Assembly (NCBI GenBank): GCA_964633285.1
Contig: CAZWGA010000001.1
Coordinates: forward strand, 126,038-190,037
DNA: 64,000 nt
Reading direction: 5' to 3'
Origin: an uncultured Solibacteraceae bacterium
GTDB lineage: Bacteria; Acidobacteriota; Terriglobia; 20CM-2-55-15
Shown here: positions 29,191 through 38,178 of the stretch, piece after piece
Numbering within the stretch: position 1 is the stretch's first letter
How the letters are laid out: each line of letters opens with the position of its first letter
Notes under the pieces: generated by a model
The model's input: only the letters and a program-made list of their open reading frames with translations
What the model was told of the DNA's origin: nothing
Database searches by the model: none
Made by a program: the position numbers and the translations under genes

Positions 29191-29628
29191 ATGGAAGAGA
29201 GCAGAGCACTGACTGGAATTTCTGGAGAGTGTACCGAGACAATCTCTCAATCCGGCAAAGTTGTGTGCATGATTATCCGCGCCGGCCATTTCCCGAAATC
29301 GACGACATTCTACACTCAGGAGGAGTTCTCCTTTCAGGTCGGCCAGGTCGTACATCCCGCCGGCAGTGAAATTCCAAGACACGAACATCGCCGAACAACT
29401 CGAACGGTCGTTGGAACTCCCGAAGTGCTCGTCGTGCAGCGCGGGCGTTTAATAGTGGATCTTTATGCGGAAGATGACCGAAGGCTGCTTTGCAGTCGCG
29501 AGCTTTCGACTGGTGACGTGATTGTTCTGTTGACTGGGGGCCATGGTTTCCACCTCATCGAAGAGACGGTGCTGCTCGAAGTGAAGCAGGGACCTTATTA
29601 TGGGCACCAGGAAAAAGAACAGTTCTGA
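29191..29628 (+). CDS. WxcM/FdtA-like cupin (NDP-4-keto-6-deoxyhexose 3,4-ketoisomerase candidate)
   Basis: About 145 aa beta-rich cupin with a His-containing PRHEHRRTT motif. It lies immediately upstream of a DegT aminotransferase, as in fdtA-fdtB. Start is chosen at MEESRAL (29191), downstream of the upstream stop. Confidence 0.5.
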   Translation: MEESRALTGISGECTETISQSGKVVCMIIRAGHFPKSTTFYTQEEFSFQVGQVVHPAGSEIPRHEHRRTTRTVVGTPEVLVVQRGRLIVDLYAEDDRRLLCSRELSTGDVIVLLTGGHGFHLIEETVLLEVKQGPYYGHQEKEQF

Positions 29629-30763
29629 GTTCATTCCAGTCAGCGAACCCATGTTGGCCGGCAACGAACAGGAATACGTTCGCGATTGTCTTGCATCCGG
29701 GTGGATTTCATCGGCAGGTGACTATGTCGAAAGATTTGAAGAGGACTGGGCTCGTTACTGCGGAGTGAAGCACGGCGTTGCCGTATCGAGCGGTTCGGCT
29801 GCTCTTCAGGTCGCTGTGGATGCGCTTCACCTGGGACCGGGTGATGAGGTCATCCTGCCTTCCTTCACAATAGTCTCCTGCATATTGGCAGTATTGCGTG
29901 CCGGAGCCACGCCGGTTCTGGTTGATTGCGATCCCCACACCTATTGCATCGATGCTGGGCAGGCCGCTCAGGCTATAACGCCGAGAACCCGCGCGATCAT
30001 GCCGGTTCACATGTATGGGCATCCTTGCGACATGGATCCACTACTGGAGCTGGCCCAACGGCATGGCCTGGCGATCATTGAGGATGCTGCTGAAGCGCAT
30101 GGTTGCGAGTATTTGACGAGACGAACGTCTCCCCCACAGTGGCGGCGCTGCGGGGGTATGGGGACTATCTCTGTCTTTAGCTTTTATGCCAATAAACTCG
30201 TCACAACCGGAGAGGGCGGCATGGTGATGACGAATGACACACAATTGGCCGAGCGTTGCCGGAGCCTTCGAAATCTGTGCTTTAATTCCGATCGTTTTCG
30301 TCATGATGACTTCGGCTACAACTTTCGCCTGACCAATGTGCAGGCCGCCATCGGCGTCGGGCAGATCGAACGCATGCCGGAAATCTTGAAGCGTAAACGT
30401 GAAATAGGAGCACTCTACGATTCAGCTCTTGGTGCTGTGAAGACGATAAGGCTGCCCTCCAAACGTGATTGGGCTGGCATCAATTACTGGATGTACACCC
30501 TCATGCTTCAAGACGATGCTGGAATGGACGCGAGAGAATTTGCCGAACGATTACGAAACGAACATGTTGAGACTCGTCCGTTCTTCATGGGAATGCATGA
30601 ACAATCGTTATTCGCTCAGCGTGGGTTTTTCAAAGGATTACGTTTGCCGGTTACCGAACGTATCCACCGGTTCGGTCTCTATGTTCCTTCCGGTTTGACT
30701 CTCAAAAACTCGCAAATCGAAAGGGTATCGGAGGCAGTGAAGAATATCCTTCCTCGCGCGTGA
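29600..30763 (+). CDS. DegT/DnrJ/EryC1/StrS family aminotransferase (FdtB/ArnB-like)
   Basis: FIPVSEPMLAGNEQEYVRDCLASGWIS N-terminus and SFYANKLVTTGEGG PLP-lysine region. Confidence 0.85.
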   Translation: MGTRKKNSSEFIPVSEPMLAGNEQEYVRDCLASGWISSAGDYVERFEEDWARYCGVKHGVAVSSGSAALQVAVDALHLGPGDEVILPSFTIVSCILAVLRAGATPVLVDCDPHTYCIDAGQAAQAITPRTRAIMPVHMYGHPCDMDPLLELAQRHGLAIIEDAAEAHGCEYLTRRTSPPQWRRCGGMGTISVFSFYANKLVTTGEGGMVMTNDTQLAERCRSLRNLCFNSDRFRHDDFGYNFRLTNVQAAIGVGQIERMPEILKRKREIGALYDSALGAVKTIRLPSKRDWAGINYWMYTLMLQDDAGMDAREFAERLRNEHVETRPFFMGMHEQSLFAQRGFFKGLRLPVTERIHRFGLYVPSGLTLKNSQIERVSEAVKNILPRA

Positions 30764-30769
30764 CGCATT

Positions 30770-32005
30770 CTAGTTCTCGGGCCAGGCCCAACGCCTGCGC
30801 ACATAGGCGTAATCATCGAGAACCGGCGAAAGGATCTTGCCGTAATCGATATTCGCGAGGTTGGCAGCGATTTGGCGTTGCGCTGTCAGGAGACGCTCGT
30901 GAAGGAGCGGATCCTGAAGCAGACTGCGGAGATGCTCCGCGAGGCTCCCAGGATCGGCAAGGTTGCAATAAAGCGCGGATTCTCCCATTTGTTCCCGGAA
31001 CTCGGGAAGATCGCTGTAGATTACAGGACAACCCAGAATCGCTGCTTCCAATGGGGGAAGATTCGTCGGTCCGACATAAGCAGGGACGACCAGTGCCACG
31101 GCTCCCTGATAGAGGGCTGGAATTTCATCATCCGCGACGCGGCCAAGAAAGTGTACTCGCGAGGTCAATCCCAATGCCTGAACCTGCCGTTCGACGATGG
31201 ACCAATCTTCCTGCCGCCCCCCACCGCAGAAAACAGCGTGCAGCTTGAGGCCATGATGCCGCTCCGCGTACACGAGTCCTTCAAGTAAATACAGGTGGTT
31301 TTTTTCCGACGCCGGAAAGGATGGCCAAAACACGTATTGCTCGGGCAATTTGTGTTTGCGCCGCACAGACTCCACGGTCTCGGTTCCCCGGCCTGCTGCA
31401 TATCGCCTGACATTTAACGATGGTACGAAGGGCAACACTACAATTCGTGCTGCATCGACGTGGTAAATCTGCGAAAGCCGGCTTGCGGCAAACGGTGAAT
31501 CCACAATGACGGCGTGCGCACGATTCAAGGTGTTGTGCGGAACTCTTTCCCGAATCTCAAACTGCCTTCCCTTATATATCTCCGGAAACGAAGGAAAATC
31601 GCGATGAAAGAAATCCCAGATTGAGATGATGAAAGGATGGTCGCCAATTCGCATTGCAACCTCACCGCACTCTGTAAACAACGCCAGATCGATTCGATGA
31701 ACATCCAGGAAGGCATCCAGATGTCGCCCGAGCCGACGAAAGCCAAGCCGTCGAAGCCGCCGTAATATCGCGCCGCCGACGGTGGTAGCAGACCAACGAT
31801 CCAGCAGCCGGTATACGTCGTGCTTAAAAAGGAAGGATTTGATGCCGAGTTCCGCCAAACGCTGGTGTGTATCTTTGAACTGCGTAAAAACGATGATCTC
31901 GTGCCGGATGGCGTCGCTCTGAAGGAGTGACTCGATGATGTTGAGCGCTTGCTGGAAGGTACCTGTGCCATCGTGCAGACGCTCCAGAAATATCCCAATG
32001 CGCAT
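30770..32005 (-). CDS. family 4 glycosyltransferase (tandem paralog A)
   Basis: GT-B fold. C-terminal LPPLEAAILGCPVIYSDLPEFREQMG matches the donor-binding region. N-terminal half is highly similar to 32040..33389. Confidence 0.75.
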   Translation of the reverse strand: MRIGIFLERLHDGTGTFQQALNIIESLLQSDAIRHEIIVFTQFKDTHQRLAELGIKSFLFKHDVYRLLDRWSATTVGGAILRRLRRLGFRRLGRHLDAFLDVHRIDLALFTECGEVAMRIGDHPFIISIWDFFHRDFPSFPEIYKGRQFEIRERVPHNTLNRAHAVIVDSPFAASRLSQIYHVDAARIVVLPFVPSLNVRRYAAGRGTETVESVRRKHKLPEQYVFWPSFPASEKNHLYLLEGLVYAERHHGLKLHAVFCGGGRQEDWSIVERQVQALGLTSRVHFLGRVADDEIPALYQGAVALVVPAYVGPTNLPPLEAAILGCPVIYSDLPEFREQMGESALYCNLADPGSLAEHLRSLLQDPLLHERLLTAQRQIAANLANIDYGKILSPVLDDYAYVRRRWAWPEN

Positions 32006-32039
32006 TCAAGATCTTAGGATCGAGAAAGGCGAGGTAATG

Positions 32040-33389
32040 TCAAGGCTTTTCCGGCCAGGTCCAGTTTCGGCGATAGTAAGCGTAGTCGTTGAGGAAGGGC
32101 GCCAGAGTTTTGCCGTAGTCTACCCTTGCGATTTCCGCGGCCATCGCAAATCCGTTCCGGCGAAGGCGCTCACGCAACCCCTTATCCCGGATTAATGCGT
32201 CCAAATGTACGGCGAGGTTTGCCGGATCGTGGAGATCACAATACAGCGCAGCGTCACCCATCTGTTCGCGGAAGCTTGGAAGATCCGCGTAGATTACGGG
32301 GCAACCCACCGTTACGGCTTCAATCGGTGGAAGGTTCGTTGGCCCTAACCGGGCAGGCATAACCAGGCCGACAGCTCCTTCGTAAAGGGCGGGAATGTCT
32401 TCGTCGGGCACAACTCCCAGGAAGTGTATACGTCCGCTCAAGCCCAGATGCTTCGTTTGCCGCTCCACTGTGTCCGAACTACCAGGCCCGCAAAAAACCG
32501 CATCCAGGACGATTCCGTATCGCCGTTCGAGTTCGACGAGGCCCTCTAACAAGTACAAATGATTTTTTTGCGGAGCAAATGAGGCGGGATAGAAAACATA
32601 GCGAGAAACCAAATTGAATTTCTTTCTGACCTCTTTCTCAGTTACCAGGCCCTTACCCGATGCGTGCCGCCGAACAGCGGTGGCCGGCTGGAAGGGAAGC
32701 TGGATGATGCGTCTCGGATCGATATGATAAAAGTCCGAAATACCTCGCGCCCCAGAGGGAGAATTTGCAATGACGGCGATTGCTCTGGCGAGAGTAACTT
32801 CAAGTGACCGTTCTCTGGCTTCGAAGTTGCGATTCTCATACGATTCCGGAAGTCCAGGCAAATCCCGGTGGCCGACATCCCACAGAGTAATAATGAAGGG
32901 GTGATCACCGATGCGTTGAGCTGTATCACCATATTCGTTCAACAGCACGAGATCGATCCGGTGATCATCGAGCAAAGCATCGAAATGACGGCCGAGGCGC
33001 CGAAAGCCCAGTCGCCGTACTCGGCGAAGAAGCGCATTTCCCACCAGGCTGGCGGACCATCGATCTAACAGGCGAACCCCCGATTCCCTGAACCTTATTG
33101 CATCGATTCCTCGCTCAAGCAGGTAACGTTGTGTCTGTTTGTGGGGTGTGAAGACGATCACCTGATGGCGCATCGCACTGCTTGACGCGAGGGATTCGAC
33201 CGTCGAAAAAGCCTGCTGAAAGCCTCCTCCCGTGTCGGGCAAGCTTTCAATAGTTACGGCGATCCGCAGCGCCGGAACTTCCACCTTCGCTTTCAGCTTT
33301 TCGTGGGTTTCCTCGTGAGTTTGTGTCTGCGGGGTTGAGTCCTCCGCACCTTTTACCTTACGACCTTCGTTCATCGAAACCTCTCCCAC
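32040..33389 (-). CDS. family 4 glycosyltransferase (tandem paralog B, with charged N-terminal extension)
   Basis: Shares LLDRWSA..VGNALLRRVRRLGFRRLGRHFDALLDDHRIDL and LPPIEAVTVGCPVIYADLPSFREQMG with paralog A. Has an extra approximately 45-aa Lys/Glu/Thr-rich N-terminus. Confidence 0.75.
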   Translation of the reverse strand: MGEVSMNEGRKVKGAEDSTPQTQTHEETHEKLKAKVEVPALRIAVTIESLPDTGGGFQQAFSTVESLASSSAMRHQVIVFTPHKQTQRYLLERGIDAIRFRESGVRLLDRWSASLVGNALLRRVRRLGFRRLGRHFDALLDDHRIDLVLLNEYGDTAQRIGDHPFIITLWDVGHRDLPGLPESYENRNFEARERSLEVTLARAIAVIANSPSGARGISDFYHIDPRRIIQLPFQPATAVRRHASGKGLVTEKEVRKKFNLVSRYVFYPASFAPQKNHLYLLEGLVELERRYGIVLDAVFCGPGSSDTVERQTKHLGLSGRIHFLGVVPDEDIPALYEGAVGLVMPARLGPTNLPPIEAVTVGCPVIYADLPSFREQMGDAALYCDLHDPANLAVHLDALIRDKGLRERLRRNGFAMAAEIARVDYGKTLAPFLNDYAYYRRNWTWPEKP

Positions 33390-33718
33390 CTTCCCCGAAT
33401 CGTTTCCATGGCTGTTCGCGCCATGGCCACACTCTCACCAGCTTGGCGTTACAGTCTTGTGAATCGTAGATAGTATTATGAGATCTGCTAAACCACTTAT
33501 TCGAATCAGCGGTCTTCCGACTCCTTCTTTTAGACAACTGCCGGTGTGGTATGGGCTAGTACCTTAGTCAGCCTACCACAGAGCCCCTTCTCCTCGCCGA
33601 CCCCGTTTAGGCAATTCAGATATTTTCCGACAAATATCACTAAACGTCCGAGTCGACACGAAATGCACGCTGAAATACGCAAATCCCCTACAATTCAAAG
33701 GGCAAGCACAGCAATCCT

Positions 33719-34507
33719 ATGCAAAGTGTCTTTGGTTCAGATTACGCCAGCTTATACGACCGTTTTTATACCGGCAAAGACTACGTTGCCGAATGCGATC
33801 TTATTGAACGCATGGCGCGGGACCATGGCGTCAAGCCGATGCGGAGCATTCTGGACCTGGGATGTGGAACGGGCAGTCACGCCTTGATTCTGGCTGAACG
33901 CGGCTATGAAGTCGTTGGCGTAGATCGATCAATGGACATGTTGTCACAGGCGCGCGCAAAAATGGTTGGGCGCGGGTTCAATGCCGACTTCCACTGGGAC
34001 GATATCCGCACAATGAACCTTGATCGCAAATTTGACATTGTTGTCATGATGTTTTCGGTTATCGGGTATCAACTGGACAACCGCAGCGTTACCGCGACGC
34101 TCCTTACGGCCGCCCGGCATTTGAATCCAGGCGGACTATTTATTTTTGATTTTTGGTATGGGCCCGCCGTCGTTCACCTCCAACCCTCCGAGCGCGCACA
34201 GGTCATACCCTCCTCGGGAGGCCACATCGTCCGTGTGGGAAGTGGCACATTAGATATAGGGAATCAGACATGTACGGTCGAATATCGGCTTTGGCAATTC
34301 TGTGACGATCGTGTCGTTGTCGCAGCGTCGGAAACACACAAAGTAAGATTCTTCTTTCCCATGGAACTTCGCCTATTGCTTGATGCCGCCGGCTTTTCGT
34401 GCGTCCGCATGGGTAAGTTTCCGGAGTTCTGCAAAGACCCGGACGAAACTACCTGGAACGCAATGATTGTTGCTCGACTCGAGTCTTCTATCGGCAGTCT
34501 TAGCTGA
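33719..34507 (+). CDS. class I SAM-dependent methyltransferase
   Basis: ILDLGCGTGSHALILAERGYEVVGVD is the SAM-binding motif I of Methyltransf_11/25-type proteins. Confidence 0.8.
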   Translation: MQSVFGSDYASLYDRFYTGKDYVAECDLIERMARDHGVKPMRSILDLGCGTGSHALILAERGYEVVGVDRSMDMLSQARAKMVGRGFNADFHWDDIRTMNLDRKFDIVVMMFSVIGYQLDNRSVTATLLTAARHLNPGGLFIFDFWYGPAVVHLQPSERAQVIPSSGGHIVRVGSGTLDIGNQTCTVEYRLWQFCDDRVVVAASETHKVRFFFPMELRLLLDAAGFSCVRMGKFPEFCKDPDETTWNAMIVARLESSIGSLS

Positions 34508-34508
34508 A

Positions 34509-35816
34509 TTAGCGATGCAGTTGGCGACTTACTTCAGCTTCGATCCCATTGAAAAGGAATTCTGCATACAGTGCATATCCGCGCGCATTGAAGTGGGGAT
34601 CAAGGCTGCCGTAAGCCCCGGCCGCTTCTTTTTCGAAAAGAGGAAAAGCATCGAGACACTTGACCTCCAATGTTTCAGCAAAAGTGCAGACAAGTTGGGG
34701 CTGAGTTCGGTCTTTGCGAAGATCGAAGATCTGTCCGAAAGTAGCAACCTGGTAAGGGAGTGATTGAGCCGCCGACACAAACCACGGATACGGATAAGTC
34801 GAAAGTAACAGCGTTGCACCGCGCCGTTCCGTCTGAGTCTTGATATAGCGGAGGCTTGTGATTGTAGGTTTGTAAACATCGAGGGCACGGCGGAGACTGT
34901 AGGGAATGGTGTCGTTCAGCAGTCCTTCGGGTAGCCCGGGCGACAAATCGTCAGGACCGTATTTTGCAACCAATTGATCGTAGGTCACCATGGGGATCTC
35001 TCCTCGGCTCGCCGACCGGTTGATGCCCGCGAACCGGAGTTCGAACTGTTTTCGCCGAGCAAGGGCCAGCACCTGAGCCGAGTGCCGAATGAGAGAACTC
35101 CCGAACTGAAGCCGCAGCCACCACGAAGGCATTTCCGTTTTCTGGGAAAGGAGATGTCCATCTTCATCGATCCGATATCTGAATTCTTCGCGTTCCAGAA
35201 GCGCTTCAGTGTTTTTCAGGACTATGGGGGCTCCATTTTCATCCAGCACATATGAAGAGATTCGTTCGACGTCTTCTTTGAAATCGCTGCCGTCCAGCGC
35301 AACGATCACGATGTCCGGTTGAAGCCAATCAAAAAATAGACGTGCCAGTACCGCATACCTGACACCGGAATAAGAGGGCACCCCAAGCGAGTAGACGCGA
35401 ATGTTCCTGGCAATGCGCTGTCGAAGCAATTGCTCCAGCACTGCGCCATAAGTTTCGTTCTGGTTTGCATTGAAACCGTACGTGAACGAATCCCCGAGAA
35501 GCACGACACGAAATTCGTTTCCTGTTTTCGGATAAAACTCATGCGTGCGAAATCCAAAAGCATTCGTTTGAACGTGAAAAACCTGGTAAGGCTCGATGAA
35601 GGGGATATCGCCGCTAAAACTCCTCATCGCTGTGTACTCAAGGAAGGGATGAGCCGTTGCAGGGTGAGTCCGGAGTTTGGATACGAGATCTTCGGATACG
35701 ATTCGGCCCGTGACAACATCGTAAACGCGGAGTACACCTTCAATAACAAACAACAAAATAAATGTGCTCAAGGAAAGCGCCATAACCGCTTTCCACGCGG
35801 CCATTCTTCTGCTCAT
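34509..35816 (-). CDS. membrane-anchored SGNH/GDSL-fold hydrolase (AlgX/AlgJ-like polysaccharide acyl-esterase/transferase candidate)
   Basis: N-terminal signal anchor, a GDS block VVLLGDSFTYGF and a C-terminal D-x-x-H block DPHFNARG (catalytic-triad arrangement of SGNH hydrolases). Confidence 0.55.
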   Translation of the reverse strand: MSRRMAAWKAVMALSLSTFILLFVIEGVLRVYDVVTGRIVSEDLVSKLRTHPATAHPFLEYTAMRSFSGDIPFIEPYQVFHVQTNAFGFRTHEFYPKTGNEFRVVLLGDSFTYGFNANQNETYGAVLEQLLRQRIARNIRVYSLGVPSYSGVRYAVLARLFFDWLQPDIVIVALDGSDFKEDVERISSYVLDENGAPIVLKNTEALLEREEFRYRIDEDGHLLSQKTEMPSWWLRLQFGSSLIRHSAQVLALARRKQFELRFAGINRSASRGEIPMVTYDQLVAKYGPDDLSPGLPEGLLNDTIPYSLRRALDVYKPTITSLRYIKTQTERRGATLLLSTYPYPWFVSAAQSLPYQVATFGQIFDLRKDRTQPQLVCTFAETLEVKCLDAFPLFEKEAAGAYGSLDPHFNARGYALYAEFLFNGIEAEVSRQLHR

Positions 35817-35817
35817 T

Positions 35818-35970
35818 TTAGAAGACCGTATAAATAAAGGGTGCGAGCACGGAGTTGGGAGCCAGGGCTACCAGGACGCCCATCAGCAGAATGACAATAA
35901 CGAGTGGGACGAGCCAATACTTCTTTCGCTCTTTCATGAAGGCCCAGAGATCGAGAAAGAAGTCCTTCAC
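35818..35970 (-). CDS. DUF5989-family small membrane protein (SxtK-like), GTG start
   Basis: Embedded at the 3' end of a spurious 160-aa ORF. Translation from the GTG at 35968-35970 gives MKDFFLDLWAFMKERKKYWLVPLVIVILLMGVLVALAPNSVLAPFIYTVF (50 aa), the conserved pattern of small proteins found beside SxtJ and carbamoyltransferase genes. Confidence 0.6.
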   Translation of the reverse strand: MKDFFLDLWAFMKERKKYWLVPLVIVILLMGVLVALAPNSVLAPFIYTVF

Positions 35971-35990
35971 AGCAATCCTTTCAGTTTCAG

Positions 35991-36401
35991 CTAAAAAGGC
36001 CGAAGCATATGTGACCGCGGCCGAGGTTGTCTGGCAATCTTGTATGACGAGATGCTTTTTGCCGGCCCTAATTGTAATCCGGGCGAGCCAAACAACCGCC
36101 GGACTAATGCAATGGGTGTGAAGATTGTGTAGAAAACCAGGCCTAAAACGATGGGATTGGTTACGCGGCCCAGGAGAATGCCAAGCGACGTCCAGATTCG
36201 AAAAGGCCAGCGCAGGACGGAGGGGCGGATGAATCCTGCCGTCACAAGAAATAGACCGGTCACCAGCAAAACAAACGCAGACGTCGAAGGCGTGAACCAA
36301 ACGCTTCGATATGAACCCAACGCGACAAACACAGCTCCCACTACTAGTCCAAAGCGTCGCATTGTTTCCTTCGTTGGATCGGACTTGACCGTCTTAATCA
36401 A
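35991..36401 (-). CDS. SxtJ-family small membrane protein (start uncertain: TTG 36399-36401 or ATG 36360-36362)
   Basis: DPTKETMRRFGLVVGAVFVALG followed by two hydrophobic helices. It is sandwiched between a carbamoyltransferase and a DUF5989 gene, the conserved triad arrangement. The upstream part of the 151-aa track ORF overlaps the carbamoyltransferase 3' end. Confidence 0.5.
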   Translation of the reverse strand: MIKTVKSDPTKETMRRFGLVVGAVFVALGSYRSVWFTPSTSAFVLLVTGLFLVTAGFIRPSVLRWPFRIWTSLGILLGRVTNPIVLGLVFYTIFTPIALVRRLFGSPGLQLGPAKSISSYKIARQPRPRSHMLRPF

Positions 36402-38178
36402 GCTCAAACTTCCGCGGAAGACGATGCACCTCCATCTGTTGCTCACTGGTTTTTGCGACGACGTGGTTCTCGATTGCCAGAAGGTCTATGCCCGTGCTCA
36501 TAAAACAACGATATGCGTCCTCAGGTGTGCAGACTATCGGTTCGCCGCGAACGTTGAATGAAGTATTGACCAGCACTCCGCATCCGGTCTTCTTTTCGAA
36601 TGCGCGCAGCAGGCTGTGAAACCGGGGATTCGCCCCGGCATCGACTGTCTGGATGCGAGCTGAACCATCCACGTGGGTAACCGCCGGAAGCGGTTCTTGC
36701 TGAGATCTTTCAACGAGTGCGACGAAAAGCATATAGGGACTTCTGTGGTCCAATTCAAAATATTCTGAAACTCGTTCCTCGAGGACAGCCGGCGCGAAGG
36801 GCCGAAATGATTCTCGAAATTTAATTTTCAAATTCAGGATCGATTGCATTTCCGGAATGCGCGGATCCGCGAGAATGCTTCGCGCGCCCAGAGCACGTGG
36901 CCCGAATTCCATGCGTCCATGGAACCAGGCAACAACTTTGCCGCAGGCGAGTTGTTCGGCAATATGGTCGGCAAGTTCAGCATCGGGAAAGGTTCGATAA
37001 GGAGCGTTGAGAGAGTCCAGAACACGGGATACTTCACTGCTGCTGTAAGAGGGCCCCAGAAAAGTCCCCTCGAGAGAATCCCATACCCTGTCGGCGAGTC
37101 GGGGATTTTCTTCGAATTGATACCATCCTGAAAGGGCCGCACCGATCGCTCCTCCGGCATCGCCGGCCGCCGGTTGCACCCAGACATTTCGGAATGGACC
37201 TTCTCGCAATATGCGACCGTTCGCGACGGCGTTCAACGACACGCCGCCGGCCATGCACAGACTGTCACATCCAGTCTCCGCGTGGAGTGCCCGGACCATC
37301 CGCAGCATCACCTCCTCAGTCACTTCCTGGATGGATCTGGCCAAATCCATATCCTTTTGCCTCAACGGCGAATCGGGAGGGCGCGGCGGTCCGTCAAAAA
37401 GAGCATCGAATTTCCTGTTGGTCATTCGCAGGCCGGTGCAGTAGTCGAAATAATCAAGATTCAAACGAAAAGTTCCGTCCGCTTTGAGATCCAGAAGATT
37501 GTCGTAAATGTGTTTGACGAATGACGGACGGCCATAGGGAGCCAGGCCCATCACCTTGTACTCACCTGAATTGACCTTGAAGCCCGTGTAGTACGTGAAC
37601 GCCGAATAGAGCAAGCCCAGCGAATGCGGAAAATGTAATTCCCAGAGGGGTTCAAGTTTGTTGCCGGAACCGCGCCATGCGGATGTTGTGGCCCATTCGC
37701 CGACGCCATCAGCGCAGAGAATCGCAGCTTCCTCATATGGCGACGGAAAAAAAGCCGAAGCTGCGTGGGATTCGTGATGTTCGTTAAACAGGAAAACGGG
37801 CAGGGAGTGGCTCGTCGGATCCAGGTCCCGAAGTTCCGAACGAAGCCGCCTGCGCAGCAGAAGTTTGTCGTGGATCCATTCCGGCATTGCTTTCATGAAG
37901 GACCGCAGGCCTCGAGGAGCAAACGTGAGGTAGGTTTCCAGGAGCCGCTCGAACTTCAGCAGCGGCTTGTCGTAGAAGACAACATAGTCGAGTTCTTCCA
38001 CACGCAGTCCAGCTTCGTTCAAGCAATATCGAGCAGCATGCGCGGGGAAGCCCGCGTCATGCTTTCTGCGTGTGAATCGCTCTTCCTGGGCCGCCGCTCT
38101 GATTTTCCCATCAATCAAAAGGCAGGCTGCGCTGTCGTGATAGTAGGCGGAAATACCTAGGATTCGTCTGGGTTTCAC
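36394..38178 (-). CDS. NodU/CmcH-family carbamoyltransferase
   Basis: ILGISAYYHDSAACLLIDGKIRAAAQEERFTRRKHD N-terminal (ASKHA-like) domain and a C-terminal YRNK-type carbamoyl-phosphate domain. The proposed GTG start at 38176-38178 overlaps the upstream stop (GTGA). The track ORF extends 29 codons further. Confidence 0.85.
   Translation of the reverse strand: MKPRRILGISAYYHDSAACLLIDGKIRAAAQEERFTRRKHDAGFPAHAARYCLNEAGLRVEELDYVVFYDKPLLKFERLLETYLTFAPRGLRSFMKAMPEWIHDKLLLRRRLRSELRDLDPTSHSLPVFLFNEHHESHAASAFFPSPYEEAAILCADGVGEWATTSAWRGSGNKLEPLWELHFPHSLGLLYSAFTYYTGFKVNSGEYKVMGLAPYGRPSFVKHIYDNLLDLKADGTFRLNLDYFDYCTGLRMTNRKFDALFDGPPRPPDSPLRQKDMDLARSIQEVTEEVMLRMVRALHAETGCDSLCMAGGVSLNAVANGRILREGPFRNVWVQPAAGDAGGAIGAALSGWYQFEENPRLADRVWDSLEGTFLGPSYSSSEVSRVLDSLNAPYRTFPDAELADHIAEQLACGKVVAWFHGRMEFGPRALGARSILADPRIPEMQSILNLKIKFRESFRPFAPAVLEERVSEYFELDHRSPYMLFVALVERSQQEPLPAVTHVDGSARIQTVDAGANPRFHSLLRAFEKKTGCGVLVNTSFNVRGEPIVCTPEDAYRCFMSTGIDLLAIENHVVAKTSEQQMEVHRLPRKFELD

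Noticed and set aside
33495..33515. TTCGAATC (tRNA T-loop-like heptamer) in the 330-bp intergenic region upstream of the methyltransferase, considered as a tRNA.
   Set aside because: No flanking acceptor or T-stem complementarity and no anticodon-arm structure could be built around it. Likely a chance occurrence in a promoter region.
35818..36300. 160-aa ORF (MVHAFDVCVCFAGDRS...) on the minus strand.
   Set aside because: Only its last 50 codons show family-like conservation (DUF5989 pattern), starting at an in-frame GTG. The upstream 110 codons are Cys/His/Pro-rich with no recognizable fold. They overlap the better-supported SxtJ-like reading frame on the same strand. The gene was therefore reported as the 35818..35970 small gene.
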